DNA of 64,000 nucleotides from an uncultured Acidobacteriota bacterium (GTDB lineage Bacteria; Acidobacteriota; UBA6911; RPQK01; JAPXNP01): the NCBI GenBank assembly GCA_963777605.1, contig CAVZRV010000007.1, positions 800,001-864,000 on the forward strand, given 5' to 3'. Made by a program: the position numbers and the translations under genes. Under the pieces are notes generated by a model. It made no database searches, was not told the DNA's origin, and worked only from the letters and a program-made list of their open reading frames with translations. This document shows positions 47,270-57,800 of the stretch, in pieces. Within the stretch, counting starts at the first letter, position 1. Each line of letters opens with the position of its first letter.

Positions 47270-48654
47270 CGTGTCCCCTCCCGCGTGTCTTCCAGCACGA
47301 TCTCGCGCTCCAACAACTGATCCCGAATTGCATCCGCCCCGGCAAAATCGCGCCTGTTTCGAGCCGCCTCACGCTGCTTGATCATTTCCAGAATCTGAGC
47401 GTCGTCGAGAGTTTCCCCCTCAATGTGGAAAACATCGAAAACCTGGTTCACGTCACTGAAAAAAGAGAGGATCTCGTCCCGATTTGCCGCGCCGGCACCC
47501 TTCGTTTCAAGCGCTGGATTCACATCCCTAACCAGCTCAAATACAGCCCCCAACGCAGCTGATGTGTTGAAATCGTCGTCCATAGCAGATTCAAATTGTC
47601 CCCTGGCGCCGGCGACTCGACTCGTCAACTCGGGGCTCGACGGACGGTTGTCCGGAATTTCCCGCACCCGCAACAGAAAATCGTCAGCCCGCCGGAGCGC
47701 GGATTCCGCCTGCTCCACTCCTTCGAACGTGAAGTTCAGCTGTTTGCGGTAATGAACCGAGAAGAGGAGATAGCGCAGCGCAACCGGGTCACAGCCTTTG
47801 TCCAGCAGGTCCCGAAGAGTGAAGAAGTTGCCCAACGACTTGGACATCTTCTGGCCTTCTACGATCAGGTGAGCCCCATGGACCCAGTAACGGACGAACG
47901 GATGTCCGGTCGCCCCTTCACTCTGGGCGATTTCGTTCTCATGGTGGGGAAAGACGAGGTCCACTCCGCCACAATGGATATCGAACGACTCGCCGAGATA
48001 CTTCATGCTCATGGCCGAACACTCGAGGTGCCAACCCGGCCGGCCAGGACCGAAAGTTGACTGCCAGCAGGCTTCTCCCTCTCTATGGCCCTTCCAAAGC
48101 ACAAAATCCCGAGGATTCTCCTTGGAATACTCGTCTTCGTCGATGTGACCTTCGGTCACCACCTCCTGCTCGGTCAACGTAAAGCCTGAAAGTTTTCCGT
48201 AGTCCTTGAACTGGTTGATTCTGAAGTATGTCGATCCCTCGCTCTGGTAGGTGAGCCCATGCTCCTGAAGTTTCCCAACGAGGGCAAGCATCTCGTCGAT
48301 GTGCTCTGTGGCGCGAGGCATGATCTCGGGTCGCTGGATCCGGAGAACCTCCATGTCGGCCAGAAATGCCTGTTCGTACTGGCGCGTGTAATCACGGATC
48401 GACAACCCCGCTTTGCGCGCGTTTGCGATGATCTTGTCTTCCACGTCGGTGATGTTCATGACATGGACCAGACGATAACCGCGGTAGATCAGAAATCGCC
48501 GCAGGATGTCCTGGAACATAAACGTCCGGAAATTCCCAATATGGACAAAGTGATAGACCGTGGGACCGCACGTGTACATGCGCACTTCAGGAGGATTCAG
48601 AGGTTGGAATTCCTCGAGTTTTCTGGTCAGAGTATTGTAGAGCCTGAGCGCCAT
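47251..48654 (-). CDS. cysS: Cysteine--tRNA ligase
   Basis: YTCGPTVY..HIGN, GRPGWHLECSAM, FPHHENE, KMSKS. Confidence 0.98.
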   Translation of the reverse strand: MALRLYNTLTRKLEEFQPLNPPEVRMYTCGPTVYHFVHIGNFRTFMFQDILRRFLIYRGYRLVHVMNITDVEDKIIANARKAGLSIRDYTRQYEQAFLADMEVLRIQRPEIMPRATEHIDEMLALVGKLQEHGLTYQSEGSTYFRINQFKDYGKLSGFTLTEQEVVTEGHIDEDEYSKENPRDFVLWKGHREGEACWQSTFGPGRPGWHLECSAMSMKYLGESFDIHCGGVDLVFPHHENEIAQSEGATGHPFVRYWVHGAHLIVEGQKMSKSLGNFFTLRDLLDKGCDPVALRYLLFSVHYRKQLNFTFEGVEQAESALRRADDFLLRVREIPDNRPSSPELTSRVAGARGQFESAMDDDFNTSAALGAVFELVRDVNPALETKGAGAANRDEILSFFSDVNQVFDVFHIEGETLDDAQILEMIKQREAARNRRDFAGADAIRDQLLEREIVLEDTREGTRWKRRR

Positions 48655-48717
48655 GGTTTCTCCAAAGAGGCGATCTTACCGGAAAGGGTGTTTCCCGACA
48701 ACACGCCCACGGTCCCG

Positions 48718-50367
48718 TTAAATCTGGCCGGATGAGGCCGAAGCTTTCGCCTTGGGGTCATCGGGCAGCTTCCAGGTTTTCGGGGAGGTTGAAATTCTGA
48801 CGAGATAGAAATCTCCCGACTGCTCAACCAGCGCGGCGTCGGCAACCTGGGACAACTCCTCCCATCCATCTTTCTTGGTGAGCAACAGGTACGCAGTCTG
48901 GGGATGTTTCTTCGCATACTCCAACAACTCCGCCGGGCTCTGGACCGGCTCCCGGGTGGTCCTGAAGTCGGCGTAATAGCGGGCTGAGTGATGAAAGAAC
49001 CGGTAGAAAATGAGCGGTTCCGCCTGGCTGATCTCCCCCTTCGCAGTCTGAACGAGCGCATAGGTGGAATGGAATTCACCAATGATCGGGCTTCCCAGGC
49101 GAAAAAGCAGGGCAAGGGTCAGGGTGATGCCGGAGACCAGGACCAGAAACAGCGTTGCGGCCCGCCGCTTTCGAAACTCATGGTGCCCCCAGATCACCGA
49201 AGCGATCATCGGTATCGCGATCCACAGTCCCGTGAGTCCGGCACTGTAGCGCAGATCAAATCCAACGATCAGGACCAGCCCCAGGAGAAGGCTAAAAGCG
49301 CTCAGGGCCGACAACTGGATCTTCATGGTCCAGTAAATTGCGACCTCACCGCGGATGAACCGGTTCCACTGGATCGCCGCCAACGCCGCCAGCGGCGGAA
49401 TTACGGGAAGAATATATCCGGGCAGTTTACTGCCACCGGCAGAAAAGAAAACCAGCGGGACAAGAGCCCACAGCCAGAGAAAGAGCGAAAGGTTGATCCT
49501 GGGGATCGCGCAACTGTGGCGATGGCGCCAGACTTCGATCGCGGACGACGGCAGGAAGAACACCCACGGAAACGACCCGACCAACACAAACGGGAGATAG
49601 TACCAGAAAGGCTGGGCGTGGTGATGAAGATCGGTCGCATAGCGTGCCAGGTGATGGTTCACCCAGAACGTCCAGAAGAAGTTTTCACCGTTGCGCAGCC
49701 AGACCATTACGAACCAGGGAACCGCAACCACCAGCAGGACCGCAACGGCCAGAGCAATCTCCCGAATCCGCCAGGTGACGGAGTTCGTGATCAGAAAGAA
49801 GGCGAAAAAGACTGCGGCAAACAGAACGATTGCGACCGGCCCCTTGGCCAGGACCGCCAAACCCAGCAAAAGCCCCGTTCCGGCCGCCCAACCGAGTCCT
49901 CCGTTGAGAGACCACAGGTACCCAACCGCCATGGACCCGGTGAGGCCCACGGTCAGCGGCAGGTCAGTCGATCCCGCCCGGGCGAACCCGGCATACATCC
50001 CGGACGTAACCAGCGCGAGATAGGTCAGGAATCCAAGCCGTTCGTCTCCTGTCGCCCCCACCGCGAATGCGAGTCCCAACGCCCCCAGGACCGCCATCAG
50101 AGCGACCGGGAGCCGGGCAGTTAGTTCTGAGACACCGAACAGCCTGAAACTGACGGCCTCTCCCCAAAACAGCAGTGGCGTCTTTTCGAGCCAGGGTCGT
50201 CCTTCCAGTTGCGGGGTGACAAAGTCGCCCGATTCCGCCATTTCCTTCCCGATTTGAGCATACCGGGGCTCGTCGGACCCGAAGAAAGGAAGGCGTCCCA
50301 GTTGATAGAAGAATGCCAGGTACGTGACGAAGGCACAGAAGATGATGAATTGAACACGTAACTTCAC
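48718..50367 (-). CDS. ArnT/PMT-like glycosyltransferase (GT-C fold)
   Basis: DEPRYA, EKTPL..W, LAKGPV, HAQPFWYY, SKLPGYILP; multi-TM. Confidence 0.88.
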   Translation of the reverse strand: MKLRVQFIIFCAFVTYLAFFYQLGRLPFFGSDEPRYAQIGKEMAESGDFVTPQLEGRPWLEKTPLLFWGEAVSFRLFGVSELTARLPVALMAVLGALGLAFAVGATGDERLGFLTYLALVTSGMYAGFARAGSTDLPLTVGLTGSMAVGYLWSLNGGLGWAAGTGLLLGLAVLAKGPVAIVLFAAVFFAFFLITNSVTWRIREIALAVAVLLVVAVPWFVMVWLRNGENFFWTFWVNHHLARYATDLHHHAQPFWYYLPFVLVGSFPWVFFLPSSAIEVWRHRHSCAIPRINLSLFLWLWALVPLVFFSAGGSKLPGYILPVIPPLAALAAIQWNRFIRGEVAIYWTMKIQLSALSAFSLLLGLVLIVGFDLRYSAGLTGLWIAIPMIASVIWGHHEFRKRRAATLFLVLVSGITLTLALLFRLGSPIIGEFHSTYALVQTAKGEISQAEPLIFYRFFHHSARYYADFRTTREPVQSPAELLEYAKKHPQTAYLLLTKKDGWEELSQVADAALVEQSGDFYLVRISTSPKTWKLPDDPKAKASASSGQI

Positions 50368-50425
50368 CGGCGCGTCCGTGACCCTAACTCACCGTTCCAA
50401 AGTCCTCAAGCGAGTCGCTGGGAAC

Positions 50426-50473
50426 AAAAAAAGGAGCAGGTGAATCCGTCCCTGGGACGCACCCACCTACTCC
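50426..50473 (-). terminator. Intrinsic terminator after groEL
   Basis: Minus strand GGAGTAGGTG...CACCTGCTCC followed by T7. Confidence 0.7.
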
Positions 50474-50524
50474 CGAAAACCCTCATTCGGGCGGCGCTAT
50501 ACACCGCTCAGAATAACACAGGGC

Positions 50525-52156
<1,632 letters not shown>

Positions 52157-52180
52157 TCACCTCACTGGTAATAGTTGAGT

Positions 52181-52474
52181 TTACTTCTTGATAATGCCCA
52201 GGATTTCATCCTCGCGCATGATCAGGTACTCCTCGTCTTCCAGCTTCACTTCGCTGCCAGAGTACTTGCCGAACAGTACCCGATCACCGGCCTTTACGGA
52301 CGGCTTGACCGTGGTTCCGTTGTCGAGGACTTTTCCGTCTCCGACCGCTACGATTTCCCCTTCCTGGGGCTTTTCTTTTGCTGTGTCTGGAATAACAATC
52401 CCGCCGCGGACCTGTTCTTCGGTTTCTTCAATCCGCTTGACGAGCACTCGATCATGCAATGGTTTGATCTTCAT
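52181..52474 (-). CDS. groS: Co-chaperonin GroES
   Basis: [33 protein letters not shown]. Confidence 0.99.
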   Translation of the reverse strand: MKIKPLHDRVLVKRIEETEEQVRGGIVIPDTAKEKPQEGEIVAVGDGKVLDNGTTVKPSVKAGDRVLFGKYSGSEVKLEDEEYLIMREDEILGIIKK

Positions 52475-52549
52475 TTCCTCGTCTCCTTTCAAAGACTTCG
52501 ATAGAAATGACCGGAAGTAATTGTTGGTTCTGGGTTTAAGATAAGACTG

Positions 52550-52576
52550 TTAGCACTCTCGCCTAACGAGTGCCAG
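52550..52576. promoter_or_regulatory. CIRCE element (HrcA operator)
   Basis: TTAGCACTC-N9-GAGTGCCAG upstream of groES. Confidence 0.93.
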
Positions 52577-52603
52577 TCTACAACTCCTCCTGGTCGCTGT
52601 CAA
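52575..52603 (-). promoter_or_regulatory. Sigma70 promoter of groESL
   Basis: TTGACA-N17-TAGACT; the -10 overlaps the CIRCE edge. Confidence 0.85.
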
Positions 52604-52723
52604 ACGGGCTTATAAGATCACGATTTCGTCTTGGCAAGGCTCCTTTTCATATTTTCTGCATTCGGCTACACTGGGGAACCTTAACCGCGCACCGATGACC
52701 CATAAATTCGGAGGAACCTGCCG

Positions 52724-53635
52724 ATGGAGAATAGAAAGTCAGTGCCCCTGAAAGAACTCGAACTCCCCGGGATTCCCAAAGTCAACAGCGGCAAGGTCCG
52801 CGAAATCTTCGACCTGGGAGACTACCTTCTCCTGGTCGCCTCCGATCGACTTTCTGCCTTTGACGTGATCCTTCCCGACCCTATCCCCCACAAGGGCACG
52901 GTCCTGACCCAAATGTCCAAATTCTGGTTCGATCGGATCGAAAAGGAAGGCATCGTCGAGCATCATCTGGTTAGTGTGAACGTGGAAGATTTTCCCGAGA
53001 GCCTGGCGCCCTACCGGGAACATCTCCGGGGACGGTCGACTCTCGCCGCGAAATGCCGACCCCTGCCCATCGAGTGCGTGGTTCGAGGCTATCTTGCCGG
53101 CTCAGGTTGGAAGGAGTACCGACAGTCGGGCAAGATCTGCGGAATTTCCCTTCCTGCGGGCCTGGTTGAGTCCGACGAACTCCCGGAACCTATTTTCACT
53201 CCCGCGACGAAGGCCGAATCCGGTCACGACGAGAACATTTCGTTTGAGCAGGCATCCGAAATAGTCGGCGAGAAGACGGCGACCAGTGTCCGTGATTACA
53301 GCCTCGCCATTTACAGCGCCGCCCGCGACTATGCCCGAACCCAGGGAATCATCATCTGCGATACCAAGTTCGAGTTCGGGATCAAGGACGGTCAACTGAT
53401 CCTGATCGACGAGGTGTTGACCCCCGACTCGTCGCGATTCTGGCCCGCGGACGCCTACTCTCCCGGGAAGTCCCAGTCATCTTTTGACAAGCAGTTCATT
53501 CGGGATTACCTGGAGACTCTGGACTGGGACAAGACGCCTCCGGGACCTCCATTGCCGGCAAGGATCATCGAGGCAACCTCGGAACGTTACCTCGAGGCCT
53601 ATCGGCGGTTGACTGGACACTCGCTGGAGATCTGA
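52724..53635 (+). CDS. purC: Phosphoribosylaminoimidazole-succinocarboxamide synthase
   Basis: SGKVRE, SDRLSAFD, ECVVRGY, DTKFEFG, DEVLTPDSSRFW, DKQFIRDYL. Confidence 0.97.
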   Translation: MENRKSVPLKELELPGIPKVNSGKVREIFDLGDYLLLVASDRLSAFDVILPDPIPHKGTVLTQMSKFWFDRIEKEGIVEHHLVSVNVEDFPESLAPYREHLRGRSTLAAKCRPLPIECVVRGYLAGSGWKEYRQSGKICGISLPAGLVESDELPEPIFTPATKAESGHDENISFEQASEIVGEKTATSVRDYSLAIYSAARDYARTQGIIICDTKFEFGIKDGQLILIDEVLTPDSSRFWPADAYSPGKSQSSFDKQFIRDYLETLDWDKTPPGPPLPARIIEATSERYLEAYRRLTGHSLEI

Positions 53636-53677
53636 GGAATCCTGGAATTTTGACCCGTTTTATTTGATCGGGACCCT

Positions 53678-53947
53678 ATGACGACAACCAGCCTCCCCCA
53701 CCCTGAAACTCAGCCGACAATGAAGGAGTACCTGGAAGTGGTCGCCGACCGGGCCTTAAGCTGTGGCCTATTCTGGCCGGAGGTCGCCGGCGAATTCGAG
53801 AAACTCTTCATCATCGCCGCGCTCCGCAAGGCGAACGGTTGCGTCCAGGAGGCCGCTGAACGGATGGGCATCCATCGCAATACCTTGTCCAAGAAGATCA
53901 GGGAGCACGGGATCGACCGTTTCGAGCTGAAGGCCTGTTCCGGTTAG
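53678..53947 (+). CDS. Small stand-alone Fis-type HTH protein
   Basis: EFEKLFIIAALRKANG...AAERMGIHRNTLSKKI; start 53678 or 53720. Confidence 0.8.
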   Translation: MTTTSLPHPETQPTMKEYLEVVADRALSCGLFWPEVAGEFEKLFIIAALRKANGCVQEAAERMGIHRNTLSKKIREHGIDRFELKACSG

Positions 53948-53959
53948 TGTCCCGACTAG
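53944..53959. repeat. 16-bp remnant of the 62-bp element
   Basis: TTAGTGTCCCGACTAG matches the element's left end joined to ACTAG; both ends hold stop codons of convergent genes. Confidence 0.55.
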
Positions 53960-56900
53960 AAGCGGGCCGAGACAACCTTGGAAATTCCAGGTTCTTCCAT
54001 CGTGATCCCATACATGGCGTCCGCCGCCTCCATCGTGCGCTTGTTGTGGGTCACGACGATGAACTGGGTTTCCTTACCCATTTCAGAAATCAGCCCATTG
54101 AACCGCTGAACGTTGGCATCGTCCAGGGGTGCGTCCACCTCGTCGAGCACGCAGAATCGACTGGGGCGGTACATGAAGATGCCAACAAGGAGCGCAAAGA
54201 CAGTAAGCGCTTTCTCACCCCCGGAAAGAAGCATCACATTCTGAAGCCGCTTTCCCGGCGGCTGGGCGTAGACGTCGATGCCTGCTTCCAGCACATCCTC
54301 GTCATCGAGCAGCGTCATCCCGCACTCGCCCCCGCCGAAAAGCTTCTGGAAAACGTCCTTGAAGTTTCGGTTGACGATTTCAAATGCTTCGCTGAACCGG
54401 GCCCGGCTCCGGCGGTTGATCTCCTGGATTGCGCTCACAGTGTCCCTGATCGACTTTTCGATGTCTCCCCGTTGCTGGGTGAGAAAGGTATGTCGCTCCA
54501 GGTTTTCCTGGTACTCCTGCAGCGCGGTCATGTTGATCGGCCCGAAGCTCTCGATGCGTCGCTTCAGTTCCTCGTAACCTTGCTTGACCTCTTCTTCGAC
54601 GACTTCTTCGACATCCACGTCTACGATCGCAGCGGCCAGTGAGAGACTAAGCTGATCACGGCACTGGTTCTCGAGATTCTGCAACTGCGTCTCAACGCGC
54701 GCCAACTCCACTTCGATCTTCGCGCGCTCTTCGCTCAGGGCATTGCATCGTTCCCTGATCTCCCCGAGCACCTGCTCCTGTTCCCGCAGGACGTCCCGAC
54801 AACTCCGGTACCGCTCCTGCAGTTCCTCCAGCTGAAGCTCAACCGCTCGACGGTCTTCTTTCAGGTGAACAACCGACTCATCCAGAGCCCAGATGGACGC
54901 TTCCAGTTCCTCGGTTCGCCGAAGATTTTCCGCTTCCCTCTTCCCGATCGCTTCGAGACGGTGTTCGGCATCCTTCTCCTGGGACTGAATCCGGGAAACA
55001 GTTCGACTGATCGAAACCCGGCGCTCTTCCAATACTCGCCGTTGCGAGAGGGCCGCATTGGCTTCATCCTGAAGCCGAAGGAGGAGATCGCGCATGTCGG
55101 CCTGAGCTTCCCGGCCCACCTGCAGTTCGGCACCGGCTTCGGCCTGAATCGTCTCCTGTGTCTTCAGCTGGATGGCCAGCCCTTCCAACCGGGCCTGCAC
55201 TTCGCGCAGATCGACTTCCAGTTGTTCCGTCTGCTGCCGGTTAGCGGCCAGCAGTCTCTCCTGTCGCCGGACTTCCTCTTCGGCCTGTTCCTGTTCGTGC
55301 ACCAGGCCGACCACTTCCATCTCCAACTGGTGGCGATGCGACTGCAGTTCTTCCCGCCGCGCCCGGGCATCTTTCAATTTCAGCTCCTTGGCCTCGCGCG
55401 CTTTCACAACTCGTGCCTTGGCCTTCTGCTGGGATTCGCATCGTTTCTCGAGTTCCCGGCGCTGACGCTTCAATCCCAACAGCCCGATCTTGGAAGGCCC
55501 GGCGGCAGAACTGGAGACCAGCCCCCGCGGAGTCAGGGACTCTCCGTTGAGCGTAATGAAGGTGCTCTCGGGGTAGCTGTGGGACAGCCCCATCGCCCGG
55601 TCCATGTCCGACACAACGATGGCATCGGCCTGCTTGGGCAGGACCCGGCGGAACGCATCTTCAATCTCGGGCCTCATCTTCAGAACACCGGCCAGGGTTC
55701 CGTAGACACCCTGGGTTCGGTCCGGAAGGTTCCGGGGTGCCAGCGGTTTCGCTCCCTTGCCAAACCCATTCGTACTGAAAATGCTCAGGAAGGTGCACTT
55801 TCCGGACTTGAGAGATCGCACCTCCGAAACTCCCCTGACCGCCTCGTCCAGCGAGTCCACAAGGATGTACTCGAGTTCTTCGTCGAGAAACTCTTCGACC
55901 AATGTCTCGAACTCAGCTTCGGTCTCGATCGAGTCGGACAGGGTCCCCGCGATCCCGATTGACTGAGACTTGGTGAGGTGGCTGAGAACGTTCCGGACAC
56001 CGTCGCTGTAATTGGACCGACTCAGTTCGAGTTCCTGCAGAGACTGCAGGCGTTCCTTGAGAGCCACCAACTGGTTGTTGACCTGGCCTTCCTCTTCCAC
56101 CAGCGCCTGCAACAGCTCCGCGAAGCTCCGCACCTGCTCCCGGCTCCCCTCAAGATCGATCTCAACTGCCGAGAGCTTTTCCTTCCGACCACACAGACTC
56201 TCCTGCTTTGCAGCCTCGCGCAGTCGAGCATCCTGTAACCGCTGCTCTCCCTGCCGCAGTTCATCAGCGAGTCGCGCCCGATCGGACTCGATCCTTCCCA
56301 CACTCTGCGAAAGCTGCTCTCCGAGGTTCCGCAAAGAAGCCGCCTCGGCGGTGGCGGCGATCAGCCGTGACCGCAACTCTTCCAACTTGCTTTCGGAGCT
56401 CTCGATTCGGGCACTGCAATCTCTAACTCGGGCCTGGGCCGCCTGTACCTGCTCTACGGAGGCCGACTCGTCCTCCCTGACCCTTGCCTCCTGCTCCAGG
56501 TAGCCACCGAGCTCCTCTCTCAGGCCGGCAAGTGCCTCATTGAGGGACTGCCGCTCGCCGGCAAGCGTCTGGAGGCTGGCTTTGAGCTGGTCGTGCTGTT
56601 GCCGCGAATAGCGGGCGGAGTTCTCGGCTCGATCCAGTTCGAGTTCGGTACTGGACCGACGTTCCCGCAACTCGTTCAGGCGACCTTCCAGAGCCTCCCG
56701 GGTTTGGTTCTTTTCGCGGAAGGCCGCTTCTTCTTCGCCGAGGCGATTCGACATCGAAGCCTCCGCCTGCCTGACTTCCTGGAGTTTCTGCGCCAGTCTT
56801 GCCAACTCCACCGTGAAACGGTCTGACTCAAACCTCAGCCGCAGCCGCTGAACGCGCCGGTACTCCTCCTTGAGCTTTTTGTAGACCTTCGCCTTGCTCG

Positions 56901-57546
56901 CCTGCCGCTTGAGCGACCGCAACTGCCGCTCAACCTCAACGATGATGTCGTTGACCCGGAGCAGGTTCTGTTGCGCCAGTTCGAGTTTGAGCTCGGCATT
57001 CTTCCGCTTCGCCTTGTAGCCCGTAATCCGGGCAGCTTCTTCGATTATGGAACGACGGTCCAGCGGCTTTGCCGTCAAAAAGGAATCAATTCGGCCCTGG
57101 GCGATCATGGCATAGCTGGCAAACCCCAGGCCGCCATGATCCAGAAACTCCTGGATGTCCATCAGGCGGCAACGCCGTTTGTTGAGGAGGTAGGTACTCT
57201 CTCCGGAGCGGTAAAGCTTTCGCGTAACCTCGAACTCCGTGCCGGTGATTTCGACGCCGTCCACGCAAATCGGCTCTTCACTTGTGCGCGTGAGCGACAG
57301 GGTAACCTCGGCGAGGCCTGAAGGCTTCCGCTTCCGGGTCCCCCCGAAAATGAAGTCTTCCATCTTCTGGCCTCTCAGGTTTTTCGCAGACTGGGATCCG
57401 AGCACCCACCCGAGAGCATCAGAGAGGTTTGACTTGCCGCAGCCGTTGGGACCGATAACTGCCGTGATCCCGTCTGAGAAGGCGAGCCTCGTCTTATCCG
57501 CAAATGATTTAAATCCAGCGAGTTCCAGTGATTTAAGCTTCAACAT
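53956..57546 (-). CDS. smc: Chromosome segregation protein SMC
   Basis: GFKSFAD, GPNGCGKSN, coiled coils and hinge, LSGGEKA, LDEVDAPLD; 1196 aa. Confidence 0.97.
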   Translation of the reverse strand: MLKLKSLELAGFKSFADKTRLAFSDGITAVIGPNGCGKSNLSDALGWVLGSQSAKNLRGQKMEDFIFGGTRKRKPSGLAEVTLSLTRTSEEPICVDGVEITGTEFEVTRKLYRSGESTYLLNKRRCRLMDIQEFLDHGGLGFASYAMIAQGRIDSFLTAKPLDRRSIIEEAARITGYKAKRKNAELKLELAQQNLLRVNDIIVEVERQLRSLKRQASKAKVYKKLKEEYRRVQRLRLRFESDRFTVELARLAQKLQEVRQAEASMSNRLGEEEAAFREKNQTREALEGRLNELRERRSSTELELDRAENSARYSRQQHDQLKASLQTLAGERQSLNEALAGLREELGGYLEQEARVREDESASVEQVQAAQARVRDCSARIESSESKLEELRSRLIAATAEAASLRNLGEQLSQSVGRIESDRARLADELRQGEQRLQDARLREAAKQESLCGRKEKLSAVEIDLEGSREQVRSFAELLQALVEEEGQVNNQLVALKERLQSLQELELSRSNYSDGVRNVLSHLTKSQSIGIAGTLSDSIETEAEFETLVEEFLDEELEYILVDSLDEAVRGVSEVRSLKSGKCTFLSIFSTNGFGKGAKPLAPRNLPDRTQGVYGTLAGVLKMRPEIEDAFRRVLPKQADAIVVSDMDRAMGLSHSYPESTFITLNGESLTPRGLVSSSAAGPSKIGLLGLKRQRRELEKRCESQQKAKARVVKAREAKELKLKDARARREELQSHRHQLEMEVVGLVHEQEQAEEEVRRQERLLAANRQQTEQLEVDLREVQARLEGLAIQLKTQETIQAEAGAELQVGREAQADMRDLLLRLQDEANAALSQRRVLEERRVSISRTVSRIQSQEKDAEHRLEAIGKREAENLRRTEELEASIWALDESVVHLKEDRRAVELQLEELQERYRSCRDVLREQEQVLGEIRERCNALSEERAKIEVELARVETQLQNLENQCRDQLSLSLAAAIVDVDVEEVVEEEVKQGYEELKRRIESFGPINMTALQEYQENLERHTFLTQQRGDIEKSIRDTVSAIQEINRRSRARFSEAFEIVNRNFKDVFQKLFGGGECGMTLLDDEDVLEAGIDVYAQPPGKRLQNVMLLSGGEKALTVFALLVGIFMYRPSRFCVLDEVDAPLDDANVQRFNGLISEMGKETQFIVVTHNKRTMEAADAMYGITMEEPGISKVVSARF

Positions 57547-57800
57547 ATCAGATCGGACAGAGCCCCCTGTTACCTCGACTATGATGCCAGTCTACACTGA
57601 CAATGGGACCCGATCTCGCCTCCCGCGGAACCAGCGCGAGCCGGAAGCGTTTGTGGACTTGAGTGTTCCGTCTCACTCAATGGATAGGTTAATTGCACTA
57701 TACTCATATGTGAAAAACTCATACACGAAAACGCCCAACCCCGGGATTCAGAACCAGGAGATCCTCTTCCGGCACACTGTTCCCGGGCATCGACGGGAGT

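Noticed and set aside
52660-52710. Fluoride riboswitch-like fragments (TTAACCGC...GATGACCC) upstream of purC
   Set aside because: Lacks the 5' GGnGATGG..TC.CC stem and a pairing second hairpin; needs cmscan to exclude fully
57585-57596. TGTAGACTGGCA shared by the smc and groES upstream regions (minus strand)
   Set aside because: Explained by a common TAGACT -10 plus chance; the smc site lacks the CIRCE inverted repeat
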